Positions 25,421 to 38,206 of a stretch of 64,000 nucleotides of DNA are shown here, piece by piece. The stretch lies in assembly GCA_036172245.1 (NCBI GenBank), contig JAYWIR010000006.1:2356001-2420000 (forward strand), written 5' to 3'. The notes beneath the pieces were generated by a model. That model made no database searches and was not told the DNA's origin. It saw only the letters and a list, made by a program, of their open reading frames with translations. The translations under genes were made by a program, and so were the position numbers. Each line of letters opens with the position of its first letter. The stretch's first letter is position 1. This DNA comes from Raillietiella orientalis (lineage: Eukaryota).

Positions 25421-26859
25421 CTTCTTCGTCCTCCTCTTCCCCCCTTTCTCCTTTTCTTCTCTTTTCTACCCGAAGGAAGGGAAGTGAGAGTGCCGAATAA
25501 AATCTTAGGATGGCGTCTCGTTGCTTCCACATCCCATCAGGGAGAAGCAGAAAGATGAAGGGAAGAGGGGGAGGTCTGGCAGCATGAAGATTGCCGAATA
25601 TCCGCAAGATGGCAGTGGGGTCCAAAGACTCCCTCTCCCCCCTCTCCCCCCTCCCTCGTGAGGGAGAGGCAAGTGCAAGCTGGGGCAGGTTTGGTGACCT
25701 TTCTCGGGAACTGGAATACAGGAAGACGAAGACGCGGCATTCGGACACTGAAAACGGGAATCTGTTCCTTCCTTCCTCTCCTGTTGGTCGATCTTCACCT
25801 TCCCCCTCGTTCCCGAAGAGGGCGCGCGATCCATGCCGCGGCGGTCGAGCAGTGCAGTCCGAGGCGCCGGCCGAGCTGCAAGCGGTACTGAAGCTGCCCT
25901 TTTGGGAAAGCCGAGACGAGAAGCAGCGCACGTGCCCGATTCGCGGCGCCGGCGGGACAGACGGGCCAGCGGTAGCCACCACCCGCGAACCTTCCTGGAC
26001 CCTCGGCGCGCTCCCGCGACTCTTCCAGCCCGAAGCACACTCTCAATCTCTCCTCCGGCAGGGTATCCTCTGTGGGGGTCTTGTTCTGAGGCACCCCGAT
26101 GCCAGGGTGATGATTTCTGCATCCTGCGCTTCCACCCTGCCCTCCTGGGGATGACGAACGGCGTCACTCGACAGCGCTCCGGATTCCTAATTGGGACACT
26201 GTATCGTCCATTATCCTCGCTCTTCCCAGAGTGATCGCCAACTGTGCAGGTCTGTGTCCTGGAGCCTCTCCAGACTCCATGCCAAGTTTCCTGCTGCGAA
26301 CCAGGAGGAACAATGGCGCAGGAACCCTAGTCCTCCGGTGGAAGGCAAAGAGAGCCCTCAGTCCCGAGCACCTCCCTCGGGCACCCCGGATTCGCAGTAC
26401 TCGGCTCGGAGAGCGGCTGCCACCCCATTCCATGCTCAACTCCCCCTTCACCCTTAGAGCGGATGCGGCGGCGGCAGGCAGCAGGCGCAGGCTGGAGCAG
26501 CGTGAAGAATGCTCCCGGCGTACCCCCTTACCCTTACCGCTTACCCCCTTACCACGACTTGTTCCCCCAGCCGGTAACAAGTCGGTCAGCGCAGCTCGCT
26601 CTCATCGTGGAATCCACAGAGCCCGTAATTTCTCGATTCATCCGGGACGCGCGCCGACACCTTCGGCGCATCGGACTCTCCTCCAGATACCACTTTCGAG
26701 GGGAGGAAGGGGACCTGCTGCCCTTTTCCCGCTCCTCGTGATAGAACTTCGCTTCCCGGCCTCGAGAAGCAGGCAGCCTTGCTCCCCGTGGCATCCACGC
26801 GCCGTGGCGGGGAAGGGGGGGGGGAGGAGAGAGGGCAACACGTGAGGGAGAATGCCTCT

Positions 26860-27700
26860 GGGTCAGCCTTAATGTCAGGGATGACGAAGGTAGACCGGCA
26901 GGATGATGAGTGGGACTTCGCAGGGAGTCCAGTCGCTTTTGGGAGGGGCTCTTACCATGAGATCCTCGGGAGCCAGGACAGCTCTCACTTGCCTCTCGTG
27001 ACGGATATTCCTGAACAGACACAGGGCAGCCAAAACAGCTGCTATGGAGACGGCAACCTTCTGAAAATGTGAGAAAAAATGCTTCGCTCCACATCGTCGG
27101 CGTGGAAGACCAGCAAGAGATAAAAGATTTAGCTTCTCCGCACTCGGAAATCGGGAGTGTCCAATTACCACCGCTTTTCTATGAAACCATACACTCTAGA
27201 AGCTCGCCAATTTCTGGAAAACTGCAGCTGCTGCACGTCTTTCACGGATCGGCTCCGTGAAAGACATTCGTACTGGCTGCCGCCTCTCGGTCCGCTTTCA
27301 GTTGGTCTGGAGAGACCTGATACGCTCACAAAGTTGGTCGCTCTTGCAGTCCGAAAGACCGTTTCTCCTTGTGGTCCTCCATTTCGGGACCTAAGCGAAT
27401 TAAGGTTCCTGAAAGGGAGTGGAGCTGAAATTGGGTGTCTGGGTGGACCGCTCCGCAGTTCTTCCGTTCCCCCTCGCAGCCATCAATTTCCAGAGACGGC
27501 TCGTTTAAAGGTGTGCTGCTGCCGGGAGTCCAGCTGCTCTTATTTTCCAAGGTCCATCCACGTCCATCCACCTACATCGCGACTGGTAATTCCAGACGGA
27601 CAGTCAGGTGCTTCCCGTGAGGTCATGTGGCTGCGATTCGATGGTGGACAAAAGCATTTTGATATGTCCAGCTTAGATTCATCTTTCATCTGAGAATTTG
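26860..27700 (+). mobile_element. Decayed LINE RT C-half and thumb
   Basis: SGTSQG (motif 4), CYGDG (YADD-like), ISGKLQLL, VGLERPD (GGLG.PD-like) in order. Confidence 0.5.
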
Positions 27701-27889
27701 AAGGACAGAGTCTGCAGGAAGCACGCTCAATCAAGAACCTCCCAGCAGCTCAAAAGAGCGTCTGTAAGGGCCTCTGGAATGGAAGAATCACCCCCGTCCC
27801 AACTGCCTATCGAACGAGGAGCATCCGGATCGACTGAACACGCTGGGTGGCTCTTGAATGCGCGTGCTTCCTGCAGAGGCTTCGGCACC

Positions 27890-28415
27890 CGTGGACTCCT
27901 TTCCTTCCTTTTCTTTCCTTTCCACTTTCTCCTCCTCCCTGCCTCCTTCTTTCTCTCTCAGACCTTTCTGAAAAGACACTCTCAGGAAATTCTCTGTTCT
28001 ATAAACCAAAAAGGAGACGCGTCTTTTCCTGAGCACTCGGATGTAGCCGTCCTCGTATTTCCTTCGCTCCCTGTTGCAGGATGTGGTGTCGGGTGTGGGA
28101 CGTTCCCAGAAATCAAGGTTCAGGGCGGCTCACCTTCATCCCGAAGGGTGCTTTGTTCCTGACTGCTGACAGCTTCTTTCTTTCTCCACCTCCCTCCCTC
28201 CTCTCTTCGTCTTGAGTCCCTCTTTCCCCCCTCCACCCTTTCTCTTCCTCCTTTCCCCCTCTCTTTGTCTTGTGTTCCTCTTTTCCTCCTTTCTTTCTCC
28301 TGATCCCTTCCTCTCTTCCTCTTCCCTTCCTTCTTCCTTCCTTTTTCCACCTCTTTTCCTTTTCCTCCTCCTTTCCTCTTTCCTTTTTCCTTCTTTCCTC
28401 CTCTCCGCCTCCTTC
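27890..28415 (-). repeat. Repeat family B, copy 3 (inverted)
   Basis: Reverse complement of the 17.9-18.3 kb core and polypurine tract. Confidence 0.9.
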
Positions 28416-28419
28416 CTCG

Positions 28420-29130
28420 GCGTGCAATCCGATCAACTCGGGAGACGAGAAGGCCTGAACATCGCTCGTGAAGGTCCGTGTCGAATTCCTCAAGGAAAAT
28501 CTGCATCGGCGATCCACATGGTGGACACCGCCCCTCGCTGCTTCTCCGAACGAATTTACGGAGCTTCCACCGAATTGCACGCCATCCTGTCAGCCAATCC
28601 AAGGAGTCAACTTCTGCGTCGCTGTATCGCCTCTCTTTGACAACCACCTGATCCTCCCTGCACTTGCTCACCAAAGTTTCGCGCTGTTCGCAGAGTCGTA
28701 TGCATGTGTGCAGGAGCTCTGAGCATGCATCTGTGGAGGTCATCAAGGTGTTCGTGTTGTGCTGCCATTTCCGTCTGGAAGTGAGCTCCCTGGCTTTTCA
28801 GCATCTTGGGTGCTCCCACATCAATCAAAAGCGCGCCCTTGAGGTGTCGTTCAAATGATCCAATAAAAAGTCTGCGATAAGTCCGTCATCTCCTTCGACG
28901 GCCACGGCTGAAAATCCTGCCCAGCATCCCTCGAGAATGCACTGCGCGGAGCCGCCTGCCTTCGACTTCACTGAGACCCCGCATCGCAGCTTGCAGCTCG
29001 CCTCACTGTCTTTGAGTTTCCTCCTCCTTTCCTGGCAGCTTTTTAGATCCAGCTGTCGGTCTACCTGTTCTCTACCCGCACTTGGACGAGACTTTTGACC
29101 ATTTTTTCCTAGAAACAATTCCATCCGCAT
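28420..29130 (-). mobile_element. Decayed APE endonuclease of a Tx1/L1-like LINE
   Basis: SCQE, KAGGSA, IDVGAP (INVYAP), LDDLH (GDFN), SRVDRI (SRLDRI) in canonical order. Confidence 0.65.
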
Positions 29131-30640
29131 GTGCCCATTCCTCAGTGGCTAAGAGGCAGGGAGCGATCCGTGATCGAACGAAACCGAACTCCACCTCCCC
29201 CGCACCCAGTCAGATCTCTGTACCCCAACGAGGCTGTAGCTGGCTTCATCGCGACCGGCGACCCGACCTGCGGCTCCCGAGTATACGTCCCGGGAATGCA
29301 GGACGCTCGAGCACGTCCATTTCTCTCCGCATTGTTCCCTCGCACCTCTCCTACGCTCTCGCGTAACATCGTCGCATTCCACGCGCACCCAAGGATGCCG
29401 CGACGGTCGCGCGCGCGCCGATGCCGACGTTCCTCCGCGGCCAAGTCGCGCTCGCATCTTTCGCGGTGTCTTGTTCCCTCCTCTCCCGGAGCCGCGGCTG
29501 GGGACTCGTAAAGGCAGGAGGCGCTCAGGCGATTGGTCTTCCGCCGCATCTCCCGCACCGATTCCAGTAGCTGTGCGGAATCCGGAATGGGTTCATGCGA
29601 GTCCTTGGCTGCCTTGAAAGTTTTCCTTGAAAGGCCGAGTCACGCGCCCCGTCTTGCCAATCTCGTCCACATTAGATACTCTTGGGGGAAAAGGCCAGAA
29701 CGGGGTAATCCTTCCTCGATATTGGGTATCCCTGCATAACAAATAATAATCCATGCATTCCGACTGGCGACAAGTCACATTTATTCCGTCAGAGGTCTCA
29801 TGTGTCTTCTAAGCACGCCACACCATGGCTTCGACCCACTTACCCATGTTCCGCAACGTCTTAACGCCTGTCTGCAAAAGTGCCACTTTTTGCTGCGGCT
29901 GCACCCCATCTCACCCACGGCAATCCGAGTCCATTCCACTCTTTTCCCTCGAAAATTTCGCATCCACTGTTCCCGAGACTGCTGCGGCCATAGAGCGCCT
30001 CTTTCTCGTCGACGCCGGTTCACGATGCTTCAAAAATTCTCCGCTTCTGCTTCAGTTCCCACATTTCGCTCCCCATTTCTCCGTTTTGCTTCGCCCTTCC
30101 TCTCTCTTCAGCCTCCGTTGGATTCCGCGGCCACCACGTGATTGTCGCCCTAGCTATCACATGGACGCCATCTTCCAGGGCAAACATCCTGGCGCCTTTT
30201 ATCCACGCAGGTGTGCACACCCCTGCACCCTTGGAATCGTTTTCGCGAGCGCAGCACGAAACCGCCAGACAAAACGCCGCCTGAAGATGAGCGCCTCACG
30301 ACTTCCGCTCACTCAAACTTTTTGTTTGTTTTTTCCCTCAAAGCAGAAAGAGGATTCCGTCGACTTAGCATCATGGAGACTGCCATAATTCGGATCCCAG
30401 AGTGCGCGTCTAATGTGAGAATCCACGGAGCCGGAATCAGCCCGCACTCGGCGCCTCGTCTCCCTCCCCGTTCTGCATCTGCTATTTCTTGTACCATGGT
30501 TCCCTTGCTGGAACTGAGATACTTCGTAATCGACAAGTCGGTAGGCCCACTCAGCGGTTGGTACGATCTGTTAGAAGGTACAAATGCCTTTTCCTGGACG
30601 AGCAGCACGCCTGACAACATGTGCCAAGTTCACTCGGTGT

Positions 30641-30810
30641 TTCCTTGGTCCCCAGCCTGGAGTTGGAGGCTGCGGCCTCCGCTCGTGAAGAGCCGAGAGT
30701 CGCTGGTTCGAATCCCGCCTAAGGAAGGATCGAGAACGGGGTGCGTCGTGGGTTCGAGTTCCCCGCAAGATGACGCTGCTTGGCCTGTAGACTTCAGGTG
30801 GGGCACTGGT
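30641..30810 (+). mobile_element. SINE family A head, split by a LINE insertion
   Basis: TTCCTTGG...GGTTCGAATCCCGCCTAAGGAA, then a second B-box-like GGGTTCGAGTTCCC; matches the reverse complement of 20010-20150. Confidence 0.85.
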
Positions 30811-31612
30811 TTTCCACCCTGGTTCGTCGGGGCGTTTATTTAACACAAAATAAACATTTAAGATTTTTGTGGTTGGACCACTGGTCTAACCACGTCCTTT
30901 CTGTAGATACCCTGCCGTGTTACCGGTACGCAGACCAGTGAGGACCACCACAATAACAGAAGGGAGGGGCCAAACAATAAGAAAAATAAACAAAACAATT
31001 CTGGAGGTGGGAGTGTGGGAAGGGCGCAGTTCTCTGCATCTTTTGGAGGATACCGACAAGGTCTTGTTTGATATTGACGTCCAGATGGGGCCATCAGGCC
31101 TCTATCCGTAAAAAGCGGAGAGTGAAGTGGATGGCGTCCCTGTCTTCAGCTCCTCCGTTGGCTACGCTCCACGTGGCCACGATCCCACGGAGGCAGCAAA
31201 GTGCTGCAAAGGCTGCGGCTGGAGCCTTTGCAGCAGGGCGTCTCTTACAAAGAAAAGTATTACGTCTCTAGCGTTGCCGCCAGGGATTCCAAGGGTTGCG
31301 GCAAAGCATCCCCAAAGGGATCGGAAGACTATACAGTCCACTAGGAGGTGCGAGTGGGATTCCTGCTCCCCGCAACTGACGCAGCTCTGGTCCACACACA
31401 CCCGTGTCCAGTGATGCCGAAGAACGTCGCACGGGAGGCATCAGTGCAGTAGCATCAATGCCGACTCCTGCTACCTCAAAGGGAGGGTGTGGGTGTTCAT
31501 GGGCACCGGGGACAATGCAGTTCTTCCTCCGAAATACCCAGTAGCATGCCCCAGCACAAAAGTCCACGGAGTTGAGCAATCGAGTTCGCAGCGTCCGTTT
31601 TCACTAACGCCG
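30811..31612 (-). mobile_element. 5'-truncated Tx1/L1-like LINE with 17-bp TSD
   Basis: CVSCGEQESHSHLLVDC knuckle; AATAAA near the 3' end; TSD TCAGGTG(GG/CA)GCACTGGT at 30794-30810 and 31613-31629. Confidence 0.85.
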
Positions 31613-31870
31613 TCAGGTGCAGCACTGGTGAAAGCCTTATGCCTACCTTGACTGGAAGTCGAATTCCTGGTATTCTTCCAGGAATCAAGGAGTCTAGATT
31701 CCTTCGAGGTTCTTCTCCGGTTGTGCGAAGCAGACATCTCCCCCCTACCCAACCCCTCTTACTATGGAGCTGGCGGACTGATGATGCCTCTCCAGTGTGC
31801 AAAGAAGCGCGCTGTTCCCTTCGGGAAGCGCCCTTCAGACAAAATTCGCATCGTTCCTTGGATTCTGGAA
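31613..31870 (+). mobile_element. SINE family A body, continuing after the LINE insertion
   Basis: CTTCCAGGAATCAAGGAG and GCGCGCTGTTCCCTTCGGGAAGCGCCCTTC match the reverse complement of 49480-49720. Confidence 0.8.
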
Positions 31871-33354
31871 AGCACCGCTCTTCAGGAATCGCGCAAACCG
31901 CCTTGTCAGGACGCTTGGATCACGAGGTTAGCCCCCAGATCGGAGGAACGCTCGCATCGCTGCTGAACGATCCTTGGAAGACTTTTTCCTGCCTTTTTCG
32001 GGAGATGGTTGAGCGAACTTGGAGCTCGACGTAACTCGCGCGCTCTCTCGAGGGTTCTTCCTGGCTGGAAGAGTTTCCCTTCTTTTCAGCAGGGCACGAG
32101 GTGAAGATTCATTCAAGGCAATCTTCAGCTTCCCCGCCTGTGTCCCCTCGGAGAGCAGGGAACTGTGTGGGCAGCCAGCAGTTCCCGAATCAGCGCTGAT
32201 TGGCCGATGGTCGATTCCTGGGTCGGCTGCGGCGTGCGTTGCGTGATGCGCGAGACGCATCCTCAGGAAACGGGTCCCGGGGACGTCTGTGAGTCATGCG
32301 AGGGATTCGCGGCAAACCTGGAGAGCGATGGGGGGAGTGGGGAGAAAAAGGAAAAGAAAATCCGCCGCCGTCGAATAATCTTGATTGGAGAGCAGCCGAG
32401 AGCTCTTTTGCACAGTTCACGCGTGAACAAGAGGAGGGATAATAAAGAGATGAGGCCGCTTTCCGGGGCTGTGTGCTGAATGTCGCGGCCACCGGAACCC
32501 TATGAGACCTTCCTTGATTTTCGTAAGGATTTGCTCCCCGGGACCGAGTTCCTGGAGAGTCGAGATTCCTCTCCCGCGGACGTGCTCCAGGTCTCGAGAA
32601 GACTTCCTCGTCTCCCGCTCATTGTCCCGACTCTGGAGGCATCGATCAGGCTTTTCTGTCTGCGCGGGTCCGGTTCGCCACGCCCGGTGCCGGAAAAACC
32701 AGCGACGCCGCCTTTGAGCGGGAATATTCCTTTCTCTTTTTTTCCTTTTTTTTGGAGGTCCTTTCGTCGGGGGCGGTGATCCAGCCCATGTCTTTCGGGA
32801 ACCCTGCGCCTTCGAAGTCCTTTTCTGGAGTGTTCCTTCCGCCCCTAAAGAGTTTTCTATTTCCTCAGTACCTCATCGTGAGGGGGGAGGGGAAATTCCA
32901 TGGTTCCAGAGATCCTGCGAAGATCCTCTTGCGGCGGCGGCAGTTTTCTGGAGACGAGCTGGAGTGCCGGTGCTCGACGCCTGCTCTCTTCCTCCTTCTT
33001 CCAGCTCCGTTGATGGGTTCTTACGGGGCAAGCAACGATCCCATGATGGCCCCTCCGCCCGGCTCACGAGACCTGGTTTCATCTTTGACCTCCCTCCTGG
33101 AATGGCCTGGCAGGCGGCCACACACTTCGTGCTCTTTCCGCTGAGGATGCGAACCTCCTCCCATCTTCGCCTCCTTCTCGAAGGAAGTTCGGCCGCTTCA
33201 ATCTGGAAGTCGAGGACGCCTCGCCTCCAGAGAGGAAGGTACCACGAAGCGCGATGCTGACCAGCGCAGGAGGCGTTTCCTGCTTAACCCGAAACTGCTG
33301 TCGCACACAAATGCCTGTTTCCTTTCCCCTCCCACCCGCCCCCCCTCCCCTTGC

Positions 33355-33794
33355 GTTGGGTCCCGCGTGGACTCGGACGTCAGTCGTGGACTTCCCGAAT
33401 GTGGTGTTCAAATATCCACTTTGCCAAATATCCACGTTGCATTGCTACCACATTGCCACATTTGCACGTGAGGAGTGTCCACGTGTCTTCCAAGGTCTTC
33501 TGAGAATTTTCTTCCAGCTTGGAAGGCTGAGCGTGGGTGTTGCTTCCGATTCGACTGTCGGTCCAGCGAGGCATCCGGAAAAAAAAAGCAGAAAGAAAAG
33601 GTCAAGGACCACACAGTAGCCACAGCGTTCAAATATCCACCTCTGCTGGTCGCACTTCGACGTGCGCGCCGAAATCTTGGGATTCGGGGGAACACGTAGA
33701 TGGCATGAGGACGGGCGTCCGGGGGCAAAGTGGACATTTGAACACCACATTCGGGAAGTCCACGTTTGACGCCCGAGTCCACGAGAGACTCAAC
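33355..33794. mobile_element. MITE with ~70-bp terminal inverted repeats
   Basis: Left CGTGGACTCGGACGTCAGTCGTGGACTTCCCGAATGTGGTGTTCAAATATCCACTTTGCC is nearly exactly inverted at 33724-33783; internal CAAATATCCAC repeats; no TSD seen. Confidence 0.85.
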
Positions 33795-34901
33795 CAGAGA
33801 AATAGGCTAAGGAAACAGCTAGAGTACCAGAAGTGAATCTCCGCTGCCTGCCTCCAGAGGACCGGTTCGGATGCTCTCTGGCTGGGCCGAGGAACGTCCG
33901 ACTACCCTGCGAGAAGAGCCAAACGCGCCGCTGGGCAGACCGGGAGGAACGAACGGCCTCGATTTTCCTGCTTGCTCGAAAGGTTTCGCCTCCCTGCTAC
34001 GTGATCCGGCGCGAGAGGTCGCAGAGGCCACGCCCTCCGGCGACGCAGCCACGAACGGCAGGAGCAAAGGAACGCGCATGCGCGGACAAGCCATTTAACG
34101 AACCGGCGAGAAACTTTCCTCACGAGTAGCCGTTGCCTCCCCCGTCTCGCCCATTCTAAAGGGCAGGTCGGTCTGAACGCTTCCGGGCCATCTGGGTTTG
34201 CGACTGGAAAGTTTCTGAACCTCACGGAGGACACAACCAAGGGTGGTGGGATGGACGGCGTAGAATAAGAGTTTACGGGCTGGTAAATCCACGTCTGTCC
34301 ACGTTCGTCCCGAGGGTTCCTTTCATCCCGCTTCCAGATCGGACAGTTTCTCGGAGTTTCACACAGGGACGGAGGCGGCGACTGCCATGGGCGCCCTTGG
34401 ACAGAGGTCGCATTCTTCCTCCATTTCGCAGCGCTGCCGCCCTCCCGTGGCAGGAGAAGCTATCGCGGATGGCCAAGGAACTCCAGGGAATTTCGTGCTT
34501 CCCCAATGACTTTTGGCTTCCTGTCCATTCGCCCGCTCCCCGTCCACCTTTCTGCGGCGCCTCCGCCTAATCCCTCGAGCAAAGTTTGAAACGCCGGCTG
34601 CTTCCTGTGAGAGGCAATCGCCCGCCCCGCCATCCCGTCCAGCGTTCCTCCAGCGGGTGCTCGCTTGGCGCTCGAGGTCCCAGGGATGCAAAAACGGTAG
34701 CGATCTTAAAAGTGAGAGAGGCTGCGAATGGGGTGGGCAGTCGGTAGGTGATGGAAGACCAATCGATGGGATTGTACGCAGCGGTGCTGGGATGAAGGCA
34801 GATAGCTCTTCGAAGGTCAGGGATGCTGAGCAGCAAGGATTTCTCCTGCATGGATGGGATGGACGTTACTGAGTTGTCGTGGTGGTTTTTTGCACGGTAT
34901 T

Positions 34902-35277
34902 CAGGGGCACTCGGTACTCGTCGGTAATTCGCTCCGAAACTCGTGACGAGTACCGAAACCGACGAGTACCGAACGAGTCCCTTTCTAGGCTTCGTGATAT
35001 CATTTTTAACCATTTCAGGACCCATAAATTAACGCTTTAAATGCACACAAAGCACACACACAAAAAAGGAACTATTCGGGGGACACTCTATGGAAGTGTT
35101 TGGTACTGTCCGCGAGCTATCACGAGACGAAAACCTTCATTTGTTTCATCATGAAAGTGGGGTGTCGAGTTCTAAGCATGCGCCTCCGAGTGTCGAAAGA
35201 TTTTTTTTTCCTCGTCAAAATGCGACGAGTACTGAGCTTGCTGAGTTCCGACAGCGTCGAGTACCGAGGCACCGCTG
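34902..35277 (+). mobile_element. Tc1/pogo(Tigger)-type MITE, copy 1
   Basis: TIRs CAGGGGCACTCGGTACTCG / CGAGTACCGAGGCACCGCTG; near-identical inverted copy at 59314-59688; internal CGACGAGTAC repeats. Confidence 0.85.
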
Positions 35278-35329
35278 TGACAAATTTACAATTTTTGTGG
35301 TGGAACACGTGGTTCCATCACATGCTCAA

Positions 35330-36500
35330 AACCCAGTGAACCCAGTTAACCTGCCAACTACCGGTACGCAGACAGGCGAGGTGCACTTCGGCAGCGAAAG
35401 GGAAGAGAAAAGCGAAAACAAAAATGAACAAACAAAAACAAAAAGACGGGAAAGTTTATCTCGGAAAAAAGGAGGAGGGGAGCTGGTGCAGGAATCAATC
35501 GCTGGCAGGCCTCCTCTGCATCCTCTGCAGGATGCTGGCGAGATCGCTCCTGGCTGCTGTCCAATCGGAGCCATCTAGTGGCAGCCCTTGGGAAGATCCT
35601 TCACTAGTGGATCCTGCCCCTCTCCTGTTCTCTTCCACTTCGGGTCGGTAGCTGCCCGAACGCGTTCCAGGCAGCCACCGACCCGCGGAGGCAGCAGGGA
35701 ACTGCGAGGGACACGACTGGCGGCAGTGCGGCCCGCATGAAGGGGCGTTTCGTCACATCTCTGAGGTTGCACGCAGAGATCCAGAGGAACGTCGCGAAAC
35801 GTTCTCAGAGGGACCGGAAGGTGACACATTCAAGAAGTAGGTGCAGGGGGACGGGTCTCCCCTTCCCCGCACCTGTCGCACTCCGCTGTGATCCAATGGT
35901 GAAGGCGCGCTCTGAGTGGGATCCTCCAGTGCAAGACCAGTCAGCACGCCAGCATCTCCCTATGAAAGACCCCAGAGCGGAAGTCCTTTGGACGGGCACT
36001 CGGATGGTGGGGAGTTGTAGAGAGGTCGACTTTCCCTTATCAACAGCCCTGCGACCTTAAGGACCTCGTCCGTCCGCGCCGCAAGCGTTCCTCTCAGAAG
36101 AGCTCGCTGCTCTGCCGCGGGGACTCGCGCCGTTTGCAGAGCGGACTCCTCTCTGTGCATGTGGCTGAGAGCCAACGGCACCACCGTCGCAGCTTCTGCA
36201 CTTTGCCAGTCCTGGGGGCATCCGCTCGCCGCGCCGGTGCTGGCGGGCGACCAGCCGGCGCTACTCTTCGGCGAAACCGCGCGGGGAGCGCCCCTCGTCG
36301 AGTCGACCCATCCCCGTCGAGGGGAAACGGACACCCGTTCCTAGGGTCTCCTGCACAAGAACGGCTTCATTGCGCCCAATCTGGGGAAGTCCTCTTTGCG
36401 CGATTATCTGTCCGCTTCCACGCTCCTGGTGATCCCGCGAGGATAGGGAGCACTGGCGACGCGACCCTCGTCCAGGGAACCGTCTGGAGGTTGCCGTCAT
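35330..36500 (-). mobile_element. Decayed Tx1/L1-like ORF2 C-terminus and 3' UTR
   Basis: ECDRCGEGET../LHLLLECVTFRSL knuckle; TACCGGTACGCAGAC block shared with 30.92 kb. Confidence 0.75.
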
Positions 36501-36899
36501 CACGATGCTTCCTCTCCTTGCTTGTTCTGGGTGATGCTACTCAGGAAACGATACCCGCGGTCAGGAATTCCCCTCCTGATAGGGGATCGGGAAGCAGCTC
36601 CTTGCGGGGAGCTGCGTTTCCTATTTCTTCCTACGATTTCCAAGGTTGCCTCTCATATTTAAGGGGAAGAGGTGGGAATAGGGAGGGACGATCGATTTGG
36701 GTTGCGCGTGCAGCCTTGGAAATTTTTTTCATCTTTAAAAGCATTTTTTTTCTCCTTTTGTTGATCTCAGCAGTCCCAGAACCACAGTGGGATGGCGGCT
36801 GGAGTGCCAGAAGCGAAAAGTGAGGACTTTCGGAACTTCCCCCAGAGGGCATTCCAGGATCCCGGAGCTCGTCTTTCAGAATTTGTGTGAAAATAAAAA

Positions 36900-38200
36900 T
36901 CCGGACGCGCAGCCCGGCTGAACTCCGAGGCCATGCTGGGAGCCGCAGGCGGAAAACGGAAGGCTAAGGTCGAAAGCGCCGCGGCGGGACGGCCCCGCTG
37001 TCGCTGCTGCCGAGCACCCGCCACAGTTTAAGGGGATTCGGCTTATCCCCAGGAGCAGCTCGCCTCCCTACTGGAAGGCCAAACATGGATCTCCTGCCGC
37101 CCGACGAACTTCAATGCTTGGCGTCAGGAGACTGTTGAGTCCTGGGCTATGTTACAGGGAATGAGCCCTCAAGATCCTCACCTTCTGCGAAATCTGTTGC
37201 CACGACCGCTGGATATGGTGATGCAGGACGTGGTAAAGTGGTCAACCCTGGACGACATACCCCTTGACGTAGCACCGTCTCCCCTCAGGACCGGAGATGA
37301 CAGTAGCCTGCCGGCAAGGTGGGGGTTTCCGTGCACCGTCGCGGGAATGGAGAAACTTCTGGGCGAGTTTGAGACGCGCGAGTTAGTGGATGCTGCCACA
37401 CCGTGTGCTTTGGCGACGGGGTTCCTTCGGTGGTTGGGAATCCTTAAGTATTGCCCCCAAAGAACTTATGGTCCCCTCCTCATTGCTTGGACACTTCGGT
37501 GTTCCCCCTCTCCTGGTAGCAGGCCGTACAGCTCTTCCTCCACCGGGGATTTCAGTGCAAAGAACAGAGGCACCCCGGTTTCCGCCTGGGGGTGCATCCC
37601 CGAACTGCGCCAGGAGCTGTCAGCGGGAGTCGATCCCACCGCACCTGCTTTTGGACTGCAACGCCGTCTTCCAGGAACTGCGGCGGAAGCTAGAGTCAGC
37701 ACTCCTGCACCAGGAGGACACCGTCTGCGACCTGCTGTGGCGGTTCTTCGCGCCGGGAGGACTCTCGGCGGACGCGGTGAACGCAACCATCGTCACAGTG
37801 CTCGAGAAGACCACGACAGCGGAGGGAGATCACCTCCATGGCAGCCGCTCACGAGAGGACAGCTGCAAAGTGGACTCACCTGCAAAAGGAAGGCGAGAAG
37901 GAGATCGCCGGCATCCAGCGCCGGTTCTGCAGTGAAGGAATGGCAGACAGCAATGACCCTTGTCCCTTGCCTTCCTCTATTTATTTTTTATTAGTTTGTC
38001 TTCTTTCTTATTCCCTTATTCCTTTCGCGCCGTAACTTTCCCGATTTTTATCCCGGTGCATACGGCACAAACCCAAAGACGCGTGACCCAATCCCCCAGA
38101 TTTCCTCTTTTTTCTTGTCTCCATACCCCACCCGTCTCCAGTTCCGGACTTTTAGATATTTCGACCTGCGTGTCGGTGGACCCTTCGCCTGAGCTTCTGT
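36900..38200 (+). mobile_element. Decayed Tx1/L1-like ORF2 C-terminus and pyrimidine-rich 3' UTR
   Basis: ORFs 37149-37994 and 37390-37935 join by frameshift; SPNCARSCQRESIPPHLLLDC knuckle. Confidence 0.7.
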
Positions 38201-38206
38201 CTTTAG

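Noticed and set aside
26521..26553. Telomere-like (CCCTTAC)n
   Set aside because: Only about four imperfect units
29780..30220. pogo-like transposase HTH (FEAS..WMRNF)
   Set aside because: The motif pieces are in different frames with wrong spacing and no DDD domain is seen
34915..34980. CRISPR-like repeats of GACGAGTACCGAA
   Set aside because: Short sub-terminal MITE repeats without spacers or cas genes, in a eukaryotic context
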